Shown piece by piece: positions 10,611-20,364 of a stretch of 64,000 nt of DNA; positions within the stretch are counted from its first letter, which is position 1, and the number at the start of each line of letters is the position of its first letter. The stretch spans positions 4,992,001 to 5,056,000 of the forward strand of contig CAWIAD010000002.1 in the NCBI GenBank assembly GCA_963833985.1. Direction: 5' to 3'. A program made the translations under genes and the position numbers. The stretch comes from an uncultured Planctomycetaceae bacterium (GTDB lineage Bacteria; Planctomycetota; Planctomycetia; Isosphaerales; Isosphaeraceae). The notes under the pieces were generated by a model. The model was given only the letters and a program-made list of their open reading frames with translations, was not told where the DNA came from and ran no database searches.

Positions 10611-11447
10611 TCAGTTCATGCTTTGCGACAGGAGCACGTCGCGCAGCTTCTGAATGACCCGAGATTTTTCGTTGCTGATGGTCTTGGGAGCCACGCCCCA
10701 GTGATGTGCGATCTCGGCGGGGGTCTTGCCCATGAGGGTGTCGGTGATCAGGCTTGCCTCGCGGGGGCTGAGCGAGTGGGCGATGGCCTCGCGGAGGGCG
10801 TCGCTGCGGGCGCTCGTCTCCGCGCTGCCGTTCGAGGCGGGAACATCCACGGCGTCGAGCGACAGGTAGGCGCGCTCGCGTTGCGCGCGCTTCTTCACCA
10901 TGTCGACCGCGCGGAAGAAGTCGAGTCCCTCGTTGGTCTCGCGGCTGAACACGTCGCGGATGCCGTGCTGTCCGACGTCGCTGATCATGGCGTCGAAGCG
11001 AGCGCGGCCAACTTGCTGGAGCATCGTCGTGTAAACGGCCTGCGAGCAGTCCTCATGCATCTGCACGGGGATTCCGGCCCGGTACCAGGCGCGGTTCAGG
11101 TACTTGTCGAGCTGGGCCAGCCCCGATTGCAGCGCGGCCGGGTCACTGGCGGTCCCGGTCCCGGTCCCGGCGGGGCTGGAGAGAACTGTGGGAGCTGACC
11201 CGGGGAACAGGTCACCGAGGTGCGTCTGGAACAGAGCCGCGTCCCAGGTGTCGCTCGAGATGGCCGGGAGGACCGGGACCTGTGAGGAAGTGCCACTGAG
11301 CGGCTCGTTCAGAAGGTTGTGCTGGGCCGCGAGTGCAGGCAAGGCCGAGGTGGCGGCTCCGCCGGAAAGCAGCCGAAGCGCTTCCATGGCCTCCACCACG
11401 GGGCGGTACGATCGTCGCGCCCGCCTTTTTTCCTCGCCACCAGCCAA
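10611..11447 (-). CDS. sigma-70 region-4-like HTH protein with N-terminal LEPR-XLL-like motif
   Basis: C-terminal LSPREASLITDTLMGKTPAEIAHHWGVAPKTISNEKSR; N-terminal RRSYRPVVEAMEALRLLSG. Confidence 0.75.
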   Translation of the reverse strand: MAGGEEKRRARRSYRPVVEAMEALRLLSGGAATSALPALAAQHNLLNEPLSGTSSQVPVLPAISSDTWDAALFQTHLGDLFPGSAPTVLSSPAGTGTGTASDPAALQSGLAQLDKYLNRAWYRAGIPVQMHEDCSQAVYTTMLQQVGRARFDAMISDVGQHGIRDVFSRETNEGLDFFRAVDMVKKRAQRERAYLSLDAVDVPASNGSAETSARSDALREAIAHSLSPREASLITDTLMGKTPAEIAHHWGVAPKTISNEKSRVIQKLRDVLLSQSMN

Positions 11448-11904
11448 AACTTTACCCCCCAGGTACGTTCGCTACCAACCAGGTTGCCGATGCGTTGGGT
11501 GCGTGTCACCCGCAGTCTTGCGCTGATCAACGATCAGTGGCTGCACTCACCCAACAGATCGCAGGCCGACCGGAAGTGTGACCCGGCCTCCGTTTCCCAT
11601 GAACCCGACCTTCGCAAACCCGTTTGTCTCGATCATAGGACATGGCCGTCAAGACCAAGAAGGCCGGTCAACTTAATCGAATCTGATCCTTGGTTCGAGA
11701 GCAAATCACCACGACACTCCTATAGTACAATGCATGCACTCCGACGTCCAGTCCACGGGCCGGCTGGCACGCTTTCGGCCAGCGGAACTGCTCCACCGGT
11801 TCGCTCCAGCAGGCCGTCAATGGGAAATCGCTTTTTCTCCGCCAAGCCTGCAATTATTCCGCCGAGTTTCGAAACCTGCGCTCCTTCCGAGCATTCACGA
11901 GCGC

Positions 11905-13602
11905 TCATCGTGCCACGGAGTTGTCGCGGACCGACACGCCCTCGCAGTGCGTGCTCCGGACCGGCTCGGGTGGGTCCGAGGCGGGGTTCGGGCTGGATGC
12001 GGACCAAGTCAGAGCGCGCACCGGCGCTGGCGTGATCGCATTGCCGGCGACGAGCCCGCCTCGGGTGGAGGTGATCTCGATGGCCGGCCAGGGACCAGCG
12101 CTGAGCGTATTGCCAAGGATGCTGATATCACGGTGAGCACCCGCTGGGGCAAGCTCGCCGGGCCCGCCGCGGGCGACAACGCGGATCGCCGTCTCGCGGC
12201 AGTCGCGGATCGTGTTGCCGCGAATCGTCACGTGGCACGAGCTGCCCGATTCCAGCCACCAGTACTCCGGCGCCACCAGCACCGCGGCCATCCAGTTTGC
12301 GGTGAGTGTGTTGCCCACGACCGCGCCGTCGCTCGCCTTGATGAGGATGCCCCGCGAGCGGTTGAACCCGAAGTCGCAGCCCTTGACCACGAAGCCGTTG
12401 CCCATGCGCCGCGTCGAGGACAGAAGCGAGCCGCGAGGCAGATCGACGTCGCGATCGAGCGTCAGCATGAAGGCGTTTGGCGTCCAGCGCGTCCGCAGAC
12501 CCTGGTCCATCTTCTGCCGGCTCAGAAAGGCCCGCTCGTCCGCGGTGATCTTGCCTGCGGGCTCAACCCGTTGCACGCACGCGTCGGGCAGCCTCCGGCC
12601 TTCGTAGGACAGGAGCTCGACTCCCTCGCCAGCCTGCGGCACCTTGCCGTTGGCCAGGACTCGCAGAACGTTGCGCCGGGCCTCGGTGATCATGTGGTAG
12701 TTGCCGTGGATATTCACGGCGTCATCACCCATGAACCGGGCCGTGCAGCCAATGTACGCCGGCCCCCTGGCCGCGCCCTTGCTATGAAACGCGTCGGCGT
12801 TCAGCGAGCGGATGCGCGGCTCGGCTCGGTGAGCAATGTCGGTCGCGGCCGCCCGCCGGTCGATCCGGCAGCGGACATAGACTGAGCCGTCGCAGTCTTC
12901 TTCCAGGAAGCCAAAGCAATTGGAGGCATACAGGTCGATATCCTCCAGCCGTAGCCCCGAGCAGTGCTCGGCGAAGACCGCGTGGGGAATGCTTCCCGCC
13001 GGTGCGTCCTCCGCGCCGATGACGATGAGATCGCCCACTTGCTCCGGATCGGATGCGCTGGCGTGACTCTTCCGCACGCGGATATGCCTCGCATCGAGCT
13101 TCTGCACCATGTAGTCGTAGTCAGCACAGCGCAGGGTGCGGGTATCGGGCCGGAAGATCTCATACTTGAAGGCAACGACTGCTTTTGAGCCCGGATAGCC
13201 ATCGAGTAATTCGATGTCATGACTCGTCCTGTCGGCCGAGACCGCCGTGATGCGCCCCTGCGAAAAGGGCAGCGGATCATGGTCGATCTTCAGCCCGCGG
13301 ATGCTCACGTTCCGGCAGCCGGAGAGGGTGACCGCACGTGTGGTCTGCGTGCAGATCATCTCGACGCCATCCGCGATGATCTCCGTGTCGTGCAGCTCAC
13401 TGAGCACCAGGTGCTGCCGGTGACTGGGCAGCACCCGGTATGTCCCGGGCGGAACGACGATCCGCCGGTCGCCCGATTGCACAGCCCTGTCGATGTAGCC
13501 TTGCAGGTCGAAGGGCTTGGGCTCGCCGGCCCGGTTCTCCCCGGCCGCCAGGCAGCAGCCCATGGCCGCCGTGAAAAGCACGACCCGTCGATGTTTCATC
13601 AT
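11905..13602 (-). CDS. Secreted right-handed parallel beta-helix protein (GH110/alpha-galactosidase-like)
   Basis: Signal peptide; IDHDPLPFSQGRIT, SLNADAFHS, FMGDDAVNIHG, NRSRGILIKASDG motifs. Confidence 0.8.
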   Translation of the reverse strand: MMKHRRVVLFTAAMGCCLAAGENRAGEPKPFDLQGYIDRAVQSGDRRIVVPPGTYRVLPSHRQHLVLSELHDTEIIADGVEMICTQTTRAVTLSGCRNVSIRGLKIDHDPLPFSQGRITAVSADRTSHDIELLDGYPGSKAVVAFKYEIFRPDTRTLRCADYDYMVQKLDARHIRVRKSHASASDPEQVGDLIVIGAEDAPAGSIPHAVFAEHCSGLRLEDIDLYASNCFGFLEEDCDGSVYVRCRIDRRAAATDIAHRAEPRIRSLNADAFHSKGAARGPAYIGCTARFMGDDAVNIHGNYHMITEARRNVLRVLANGKVPQAGEGVELLSYEGRRLPDACVQRVEPAGKITADERAFLSRQKMDQGLRTRWTPNAFMLTLDRDVDLPRGSLLSSTRRMGNGFVVKGCDFGFNRSRGILIKASDGAVVGNTLTANWMAAVLVAPEYWWLESGSSCHVTIRGNTIRDCRETAIRVVARGGPGELAPAGAHRDISILGNTLSAGPWPAIEITSTRGGLVAGNAITPAPVRALTWSASSPNPASDPPEPVRSTHCEGVSVRDNSVAR

Positions 13603-14013
13603 CGTTCTTGCCCCGGACGATGCCTGGCCGCCTGCGCCGCGACCTGGTCCCACCTCGTACTCCAAGATTATCAAGCATCAGGAAGCGATTCACAAGCGAC
13701 TGCCTTCGCGCCATGAACCTCACGCACGAGCTCCCTGCCGGCACCGGAGAGAGGCTGCGACCGCAATGGTGCTTGCCGGCAACCCGGCGCGGCCTGGTGC
13801 GCCGCGGGTCCCAGCCAACATCCGCCCTGGGCTGTGCCAGCGCAGCCGAGCTCGCATTCCCGGATCTGTCACCGCTTCGGGAGAGCGATCCACCGGGGCG
13901 ACCCGACCGGCGGTTTGCATCCGACGGCCGGGCCGCTCATCATACTTGAGCAAACCGGAACGGCCGGGTCGCCGGAACGGAAGGGGCAATCCGCATGGAT
14001 CGGAGGTGGCGCA

Positions 14014-15915
14014 GTGCGTGTGCGTGCAAGGTTCGCGTGGACCGCTGGGGCTTTGCTGGTGCTCGGCTCAAGTTTTCACTCGCACGCCAGGGCTCAACCG
14101 CAGGTCAGCCGGCGGCCTGCCGAGTATGGAGTGGTCGTGGAGCGTGAGGTGATGGTCTCCGTTCGCGATGGCACCCGCTTGGCCCTGGACCTGTATCGCC
14201 CGGCACGGCAGGGTCAGCCCATCCCGGGCCGTTTCCCCACACTGCTCACGCGCACGCCTTACGACAGGCGCGGGGCGGCCGCCGAGGGGAACTACTACGC
14301 GGAGCGCGGCTATGTCGTGGCCGCCAACGACACGCGCGGCCGTTACGCCAGCGAGGGAACCTGGCACGGTGTCAGCGACGATCCGGCAGACGGCTTTGAC
14401 GTGGTCGAGTGGATCGCCGCCCAGTCCTGGTCGGATGGGAAGATCGGCACGTTCGGCACAAGCTACCCGGGAGGCACCCAGCACGCACTGGCGGAGATGA
14501 ACCCGCCTCATTTGAAGACGATGATCCCCATCGACGCGCTCTCCAATTGCGGTGTCAACGGCATGCGGCACGGTGGGGCGTTCGAGCTCCGGTTCATGAA
14601 CTGGATCTTCCAGACCGGCGCACCCAACAGCAAGGCCGCGCTGGCCAACCCCGCACTGCGGCGCGCTCTGGTGGCCAGCGGCCTGCGCATCCGCGTGCAC
14701 GCCGACAGCCTGCCGGTCCGCCCCGGCACGACACCGTTGCGGGTCGTGCCCGAGTACGAGTCGTGGCTGGTGGAGGCGATGCGCAGCGGTCCGGAGGCGC
14801 CCTTCTGGCACGCGAAGGGGATGTCGGTGGTCGATCACGTGAAGGATTATGCCGATGTCCCCGTCCTGCATGTCACCGGCTGGTATGACTCCTGGACGCG
14901 GCAGGTGACGATGAACTACGAGGCCCTCTCGAAAGCCAAGAAGGCACCGCAGCGCCTGGTGATCGGCCCCTGGACGCACGGCAGCCAGGGCTCGAGCCTC
15001 GCTGGCGAGGTCGAATTCACAGCCGATGCCGCCGTGGATCTGCTGGCATGGCGGCTGCGGTGGTACGACCACTGGCTGCGCGGGGTCGCGAACGGGCTCG
15101 AGGACGATTCTCCCGTGCTGCTCTATGTCATGGGCAGCGGTGACGACCGGCGATCGGCCGCCGGACGGCTGAAGCACGGCGGGCTCTGGCGGGCCGAACT
15201 CCAGTGGCCGCTGGCCCGCGCCCGGTCCACCACGTATTTCCTGCATGGCGACGGGACGCTCGCGCCCGAGCCATCCGATCGACCGCCGGTGCAGACCACC
15301 TTCACGTTCGACCCGATGCATCCGGTGCCGACGATCGGCGGTAACATCTCATCAAACCAGGGACTGATGACGGCCGGCGGCTTCGACCAGAGACCACGCG
15401 ACGAGACCCACGCCGCCGGCAATCGCCTGCCGCTCTCGGAGCGGCGTGACGTCCTGGTGTTTCGAACCGCACCCCTGGCGAACGACATGGAGGTGACAGG
15501 CACGGTCGAGGTGAAGCTCTTCGTCCGCTCGACGGCTCCGGACACCGACTTCACGGCCAAACTGATCGACGAGGTTCCCCCCAATGCCGACTACCCGCTG
15601 GGTTTCGACCTGAACCTCGGCGATTCGATCCTGCGGACCCGGTATCGGGAAGGTCTCGATCATCAGGCTGCGCCATTGCGGCCCGAGCAGATTGTACCGG
15701 TCACGATCACGCTCTACCCGACATCGAACGTGTTCAAGAAAGGGCACCGCATCCGGCTCGACGTCTCGAGCAGCAACTACCCGCGTTTCGACGTGAATCC
15801 CAATACGGGTGATCCGCTGGGCGACTATCGCCGGGTGGTTCCCGCGGACAACACGGTCTGCCACGACCCCGCGCATCCCTCGCAACTGGTCCTGCCCGTG
15901 ATCCCGGCCGGCTGA
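14014..15915 (+). CDS. CocE/NonD family hydrolase (peptidase S15-like)
   Basis: RDGTRLALDLYRP, RTPYD, GTSYPG nucleophile elbow, GWYD, GPWTHG, SSSNYPRFDVNPNTG; GTG start after GGAGGT. Confidence 0.92.
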   Translation: MRVRARFAWTAGALLVLGSSFHSHARAQPQVSRRPAEYGVVVEREVMVSVRDGTRLALDLYRPARQGQPIPGRFPTLLTRTPYDRRGAAAEGNYYAERGYVVAANDTRGRYASEGTWHGVSDDPADGFDVVEWIAAQSWSDGKIGTFGTSYPGGTQHALAEMNPPHLKTMIPIDALSNCGVNGMRHGGAFELRFMNWIFQTGAPNSKAALANPALRRALVASGLRIRVHADSLPVRPGTTPLRVVPEYESWLVEAMRSGPEAPFWHAKGMSVVDHVKDYADVPVLHVTGWYDSWTRQVTMNYEALSKAKKAPQRLVIGPWTHGSQGSSLAGEVEFTADAAVDLLAWRLRWYDHWLRGVANGLEDDSPVLLYVMGSGDDRRSAAGRLKHGGLWRAELQWPLARARSTTYFLHGDGTLAPEPSDRPPVQTTFTFDPMHPVPTIGGNISSNQGLMTAGGFDQRPRDETHAAGNRLPLSERRDVLVFRTAPLANDMEVTGTVEVKLFVRSTAPDTDFTAKLIDEVPPNADYPLGFDLNLGDSILRTRYREGLDHQAAPLRPEQIVPVTITLYPTSNVFKKGHRIRLDVSSSNYPRFDVNPNTGDPLGDYRRVVPADNTVCHDPAHPSQLVLPVIPAG

Positions 15916-15939
15916 CGCTGGCGGGCTGAAAAAATGGGC

Positions 15940-16734
15940 TCAGGAGTCTTGCCCCAGAAAACGGCCGCCGTCGACACGGAAGCAGGCACCGGTGACGAAG
16001 TTGGTTTCCTCGATCAGGTAGAGGATGAGGCGGTTGACGTCCGCCGGCGTACCGAGCCGGTGCAAGGGCGTCTGGGCGATGACCGCCGCGGTCTCCTCGG
16101 GGGTGAAATCAGCGGGCGGGTCGACCATCGCGGGCTGGATCATGGCCACCGGCACGTGGGGCGCCAGCTCCTTGGCCAGGGCAAGGGTCATCGTGGTAAG
16201 CCCCCCCTTGGCCACCAGGTAAGGAAGATAGTCCTTGTAGGGCCGCTCGGTGGCCCAGTCTCCGATGTTGATGATCTTACCCTTGATGCCGTCTTCGCCG
16301 GGCTGGGCGACCATCTGCCGGGCCGTAGCGACCGCCGCGTGGTAGGGAGCGGCCAGGTTGGCGGCGATGAGCTCGTCGAAGTCACGCGGTTGCAGTGTGG
16401 CGAAGGGCGTGCGACGGTAGACGCTGGCCATGTTCACCAGGACGTCGATCCGGCCGAACCGCTCGACGACCTGGGTGATGGCGCGATCAGCGGCCAGGGC
16501 GTCGGAGAGATCGGCAGCGACGGCCAGACCCTCGGTTCCGGCAGCCTCCATTTCCTGCATGACGCGTTCGATCGCCGCGCGGCTGGTGTGGTAGGTCATG
16601 GCGAGCCGGGCGCCGCGCGGGGCAAGCATGTACGCCAGGGCCGAGCCGACGCGTCGGCCGCCGGTGATGAGAATCACCTTGCCCCGCAGTTTGCCCGCGC
16701 CAGGCATGGACCCTGCCATCGCTTGCAAGCTCAA
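15940..16734 (-). CDS. SDR oxidoreductase (pteridine-reductase-like)
   Basis: TGGRRVG, NMAS, YLVAK (YxxxK), FVTGACFRVDGG. Confidence 0.9.
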   Translation of the reverse strand: MSLQAMAGSMPGAGKLRGKVILITGGRRVGSALAYMLAPRGARLAMTYHTSRAAIERVMQEMEAAGTEGLAVAADLSDALAADRAITQVVERFGRIDVLVNMASVYRRTPFATLQPRDFDELIAANLAAPYHAAVATARQMVAQPGEDGIKGKIINIGDWATERPYKDYLPYLVAKGGLTTMTLALAKELAPHVPVAMIQPAMVDPPADFTPEETAAVIAQTPLHRLGTPADVNRLILYLIEETNFVTGACFRVDGGRFLGQDS

Positions 16735-17279
16735 AGTCCTTTCCAGGGGATGTCCGAGACGCCGGCGCGTGCGTTCTCGGCCCGGGCCATGACGAACAGC
16801 AGGTCGCTGAGCCGGTTGAGGTAGACGATCAGCGCGGTGGGCACGTCGCCTCCAGGCTGGCGGGCCAGCCTTACGACCAGCCGCTCGGCGCGGCGGCAGA
16901 CGGTGCGGGCCAGATGCATTCCGGCCGCGGCGACGCTGCCTCCCGGCAGGATGAAGCAGGTGAGCGGCTTGAGTTCCGCCTCGAGGGCGTCGATGATTCC
17001 TTCCAGCCGTGTGGCATGCTCGAGGCGAATGGAGTTGTGATATCGGCCCGCCGGGTCGGGGTCGGCCAGCGCGGAGCCCACGGCAAAAAGCTCATCCTGG
17101 AGCTGGGCGACAATCTGATCGTTCGACCTCTCCAGGCCGTGCGCGCGGGCGAGCCCCAGCACCGCGTTCAGCTCATCCACCGTGCCGTAGACTTCAATAC
17201 GCAGGTCGTCCTTGGGAACTCTTCGGTTTCCCAGCAGTCCGGTGATCCCGTTGTCCCCGGTCTTCGTGTAGATCTTCAC
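16731..17279 (-). CDS. ATP:cob(I)alamin adenosyltransferase, PduO type
   Basis: KIYTKTGDNG, YGTVDELN, FILPGG, RTVCRRAER, YLNRLSDLLF. Confidence 0.95.
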   Translation of the reverse strand: MKIYTKTGDNGITGLLGNRRVPKDDLRIEVYGTVDELNAVLGLARAHGLERSNDQIVAQLQDELFAVGSALADPDPAGRYHNSIRLEHATRLEGIIDALEAELKPLTCFILPGGSVAAAGMHLARTVCRRAERLVVRLARQPGGDVPTALIVYLNRLSDLLFVMARAENARAGVSDIPWKGL

Positions 17280-17491
17280 CGTCGTGTCGCGCTCCGCGCC
17301 GGACCGTTGTCAGGGTTCGGCGATCCTGGTGTCAAGCATGCCTGCGGCTGACTCGCCCGGCCGGCCTCGGCCATTGGCGGTGTTCCGCTCAAGACCTATA
17401 CTAGGCGGGTCGTTTGCCCCGGGAAAGACTTTCGAACCGGCGCTGGCCATGGCATCCGGCCCGCCCTCGCCCGTAGAGACCCCAGAGCGGA

Positions 17492-18570
17492 GTGAGCTTG
17501 ATGTCCCTGCCCGTGTTGTCGACAGCCCTGTTATTGATCACCAGCGCGCTGGGCCAGCAGTCGCCCGGACGCCCGCTCTCCGCCGAGGAGGTCGCGCGCC
17601 TGGAATCAAAGCACCTTCAAAACGTTCGCCAGGTCACTTTCGGCTTCTTCCGCGCCGGCGAAGGGTACTTCCGTCCCGACGGCAAGGGCGTCATCTTCCA
17701 GGCCGTGCCCACTCTGCCCACCACGGTGTTCCTGAAAGCCAGGCCCAACCAGTACGAGTATCAGATCTTCACGGCCGAACTCGCCGCGGACGCCAGGCCC
17801 CGGCTCGTGAGCACCGGCGAGGGTGCGTGCACCTGCGCTACTTCCATCCCGACGGCAAGTCGCTGCTCTTCGGATCGACCCACCTGAACCCCAGCCCTTC
17901 GGCACCGCAGACCGCCTATTCGCGGTCGGGAAGCCGCTACCGCTGGAGCTTTCCCGAGGGCATGGAGATCTTCAAGGCGGACCTTGACGGCAAGAACCTC
18001 GTCCGCTTGACAGACTCCAACGGCTACGATGCCGAGGCAAGCTATAGCCCCGATGGCACTCAGATCATCTTCACCTCGTTCCGCGACGGCGACGCCGACA
18101 TCTACATCATGAACGCCAACGGCAAGAACGTCCGTCGCGTGGTCCAGGCGAAGGGCTACGACGGCGGCCCGTTCTTCTCGCCCGATGGAAAGCGGATCAT
18201 CTACCGCAGCGACCGCAAGGGAAACGACCTGCTCCAGATCTACGTGAACAACACCGCGGGAACCGCCGAGCGGGCGCTCACGAACAACGACTTCGTGAAC
18301 TGGGGGCCGTTCTGGCATCCCGACAGTACACACATTGTTTACTCGACCAGCCGCCACGGCCACTCGAACTACGAGATCTATCTGATGAACGTGGACACGG
18401 GCGCCGAGGAGCGGATCACCTACCACGACGGCTTCGACGGCCTGCCGGTCTTCAGTCCGGACGGCAAGCAGGTCATGTGGACGTCGAACAGCCGGGCCAC
18501 CGATCGCAACAGCCAGCTCTTCATCGCCGACTTCAGCCTGGCACCCGTGGCCGAGACCGCCGCACACTAG
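17492..18570 (+). CDS. TolB-like PD40 beta-propeller protein (frameshift ~17838)
   Basis: Signal peptide and AGEGYFRPDG in ORF 17492-17887 continue into YFHPDG, YSPDG and FSPDG repeats in ORF 17284-18570. Confidence 0.85.
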
Positions 18571-18626
18571 CCCCCAGATTGTCTTTCCCTGTCCCTTCTA
18601 CCGCTTTCACGAGAAAGGAGTTCACG

Positions 18627-19115
18627 ATGGGCCCCAAAGATGCCATCAAGACGAACATTGACATGAGCGATATGATCATCAACGCATATATAGGTGACCT
18701 GGGCGACGCGGACATCATGATCCGCCCGGTTCCCGGCATGAACCACATCGCCTGGCAGCTTGGCCACCTGATCTCATCCGAGCGCCGGATGATGGAGACC
18801 GTGCAACCCGGCTCCTGCCCCGAGCTTCCCGCCGGCTTCGATGAGGCCCACGGCAAGGAAACCGCGGCGCTCGACGACCCGGCGAAATTCCAGTCGCTCG
18901 AGGTCTACAAGAACCTCTGGAAGGCCCAGCGGGCCGCGACGCTTTCCTTGCTCGCGAGCGTTCCCGAGTCTGATCTGGACAGGAGCGATCCCAAGTATCC
19001 CCAGTACGCACCGACCATTGCCGCACTGCTGGGGATGACGGCCATTCACGCGCTGATGCACTGCGGCCAGTTCGTGGCCGTCCGCCGCCAGCTCGGCAAG
19101 CCTGTGACGATTTGA
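18627..19115 (+). CDS. DinB-family protein
   Basis: RBS AAAGGAG; NHIAWQLGHL and HALMHCGQ His motifs. Confidence 0.9.
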   Translation: MGPKDAIKTNIDMSDMIINAYIGDLGDADIMIRPVPGMNHIAWQLGHLISSERRMMETVQPGSCPELPAGFDEAHGKETAALDDPAKFQSLEVYKNLWKAQRAATLSLLASVPESDLDRSDPKYPQYAPTIAALLGMTAIHALMHCGQFVAVRRQLGKPVTI

Positions 19116-19170
19116 ACCCGAATGACGGAAACGCGGCGCGGCATGGCGCCTCGCCTGCCGCGCCCCACCT

Positions 19171-19929
19171 TCACTCCTCGGCGGCCTCACGCGCCTCTTT
19201 TTGTTTCTGGATGTGCAGATTCCCTACCAGGAACGCCACGAACGTGGCCAGAAAGACCTGCCCGAGAAGCGCCTCCACCATCACCAGAACCCGGGCCAGC
19301 GGAGCGACGGGAACGATATCGCCAAAGCCCACGGTGGTGAGTGTCATGAAGCTGAAATAGGTCAGTTCGGGACGGCGCCCCAGGAGATGACTGACGTTCG
19401 GAGGAATCCTCAGGGGCTGATCCCGTTCCAGGTAGGACCCCGGGTGGATCACTTCCATCATGCTGCCGAGATAGGCGAAGGTCTCGCCGATCAGCAGGTA
19501 CACGCAGATCCCTCCCAGAATCGTGTCCAGGGAAACACGTTCGATACCCACGATGCGGTACAGGATGGCGATCGCGGTGAAGCCCAGAAGTGCGGACTGA
19601 AACGCCGCCCCCGCCAGTGACAGGCCGTCGCCGGCTCCCATGGTGATGATCCACAGGTCGATCCCAAGGACCGGCGCGACCAGGCCAAGGTAGATGCGCC
19701 GCAGCAGCCTCGTGTCGCTCGCGGCGCTGGCCGCGGCATAGCTCACCGAGACGATGAGCACTCCGAACAGGAGCGTCCCATAGCCGGCCTGGCGCAGTGG
19801 CATCTCGAGCATGATCGAGCTGGCCAGCAATGCGCACAACCGCCCGTAGTGCCACTTCATCGAGGAAGTGCGCGCCAGGCGCCACGCTCGTAGCGGCAGG
19901 CGAATCCGGCGATCGATCAAGGTCGTCAA
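19171..19929 (-). CDS. Potassium/ion channel family protein
   Basis: YFSFMTLTTVGFGDIVP pore signature; start could be 19860. Confidence 0.88.
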   Translation of the reverse strand: MTTLIDRRIRLPLRAWRLARTSSMKWHYGRLCALLASSIMLEMPLRQAGYGTLLFGVLIVSVSYAAASAASDTRLLRRIYLGLVAPVLGIDLWIITMGAGDGLSLAGAAFQSALLGFTAIAILYRIVGIERVSLDTILGGICVYLLIGETFAYLGSMMEVIHPGSYLERDQPLRIPPNVSHLLGRRPELTYFSFMTLTTVGFGDIVPVAPLARVLVMVEALLGQVFLATFVAFLVGNLHIQKQKEAREAAEE

Positions 19930-20026
19930 GCTTTTCGTTCCGCTGATGAATAGGAAAAACCGATCACCAGCCTCCGCACACCCATTCTGAACGAATCACA
20001 CATCAATATGCGAAATGAATGAACGT

Positions 20027-20305
20027 TCAATGGTTCTCGGCGGCCAGCAGCCGTTTCAGCAGCCCCGGGTTCACAACACCTCGAAACCGCACCTTGCCGT
20101 TGACCGCGACCACCGGAACCTCGTGTCCATACCGGGCCGCCAGATCCGGATCGGCGTCGACGTCGACCTGTGTGATCTGAAACCCCTGGTCCCGCCGATG
20201 GTCCCTGAGCAGGTCGATCGCCTTGTGGCAACAGCAGCATTCGGCCCGCGTGTAAACGGTGAACATCAGGTGCGCAGCGCCCGCGGGGACGCAGAATCCG
20301 AGCAA
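20027..20305 (-). CDS. Glutaredoxin-like protein (DUF836 type)
   Basis: VYTRAECCCCHKA...VDVDADPDLAARYGHEVPVVAVNG; true start may be an ATG near 20320 with a frameshift. Confidence 0.8.
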   Translation of the reverse strand: MLGFCVPAGAAHLMFTVYTRAECCCCHKAIDLLRDHRRDQGFQITQVDVDADPDLAARYGHEVPVVAVNGKVRFRGVVNPGLLKRLLAAENH

Positions 20306-20364
20306 GCAGTGATGTCATGGCAAGCTCCATGCCCCTCCGGCTAATGAGCGGAACCGGGACTGTT

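Noticed and set aside
11849..11864. GG-N10-GC sigma54-like site upstream of the sigma-like gene
   Set aside because: The -24 box (CGGCGG) is poor and the site is ~400 bp from the start.
18578..18600. TGTCTTTCCCTGTCCCTT resembling a stutter end
   Set aside because: Short, lacks the GCAGCC core, and lies in an ordinary intergenic leader before dinB; probably chance.
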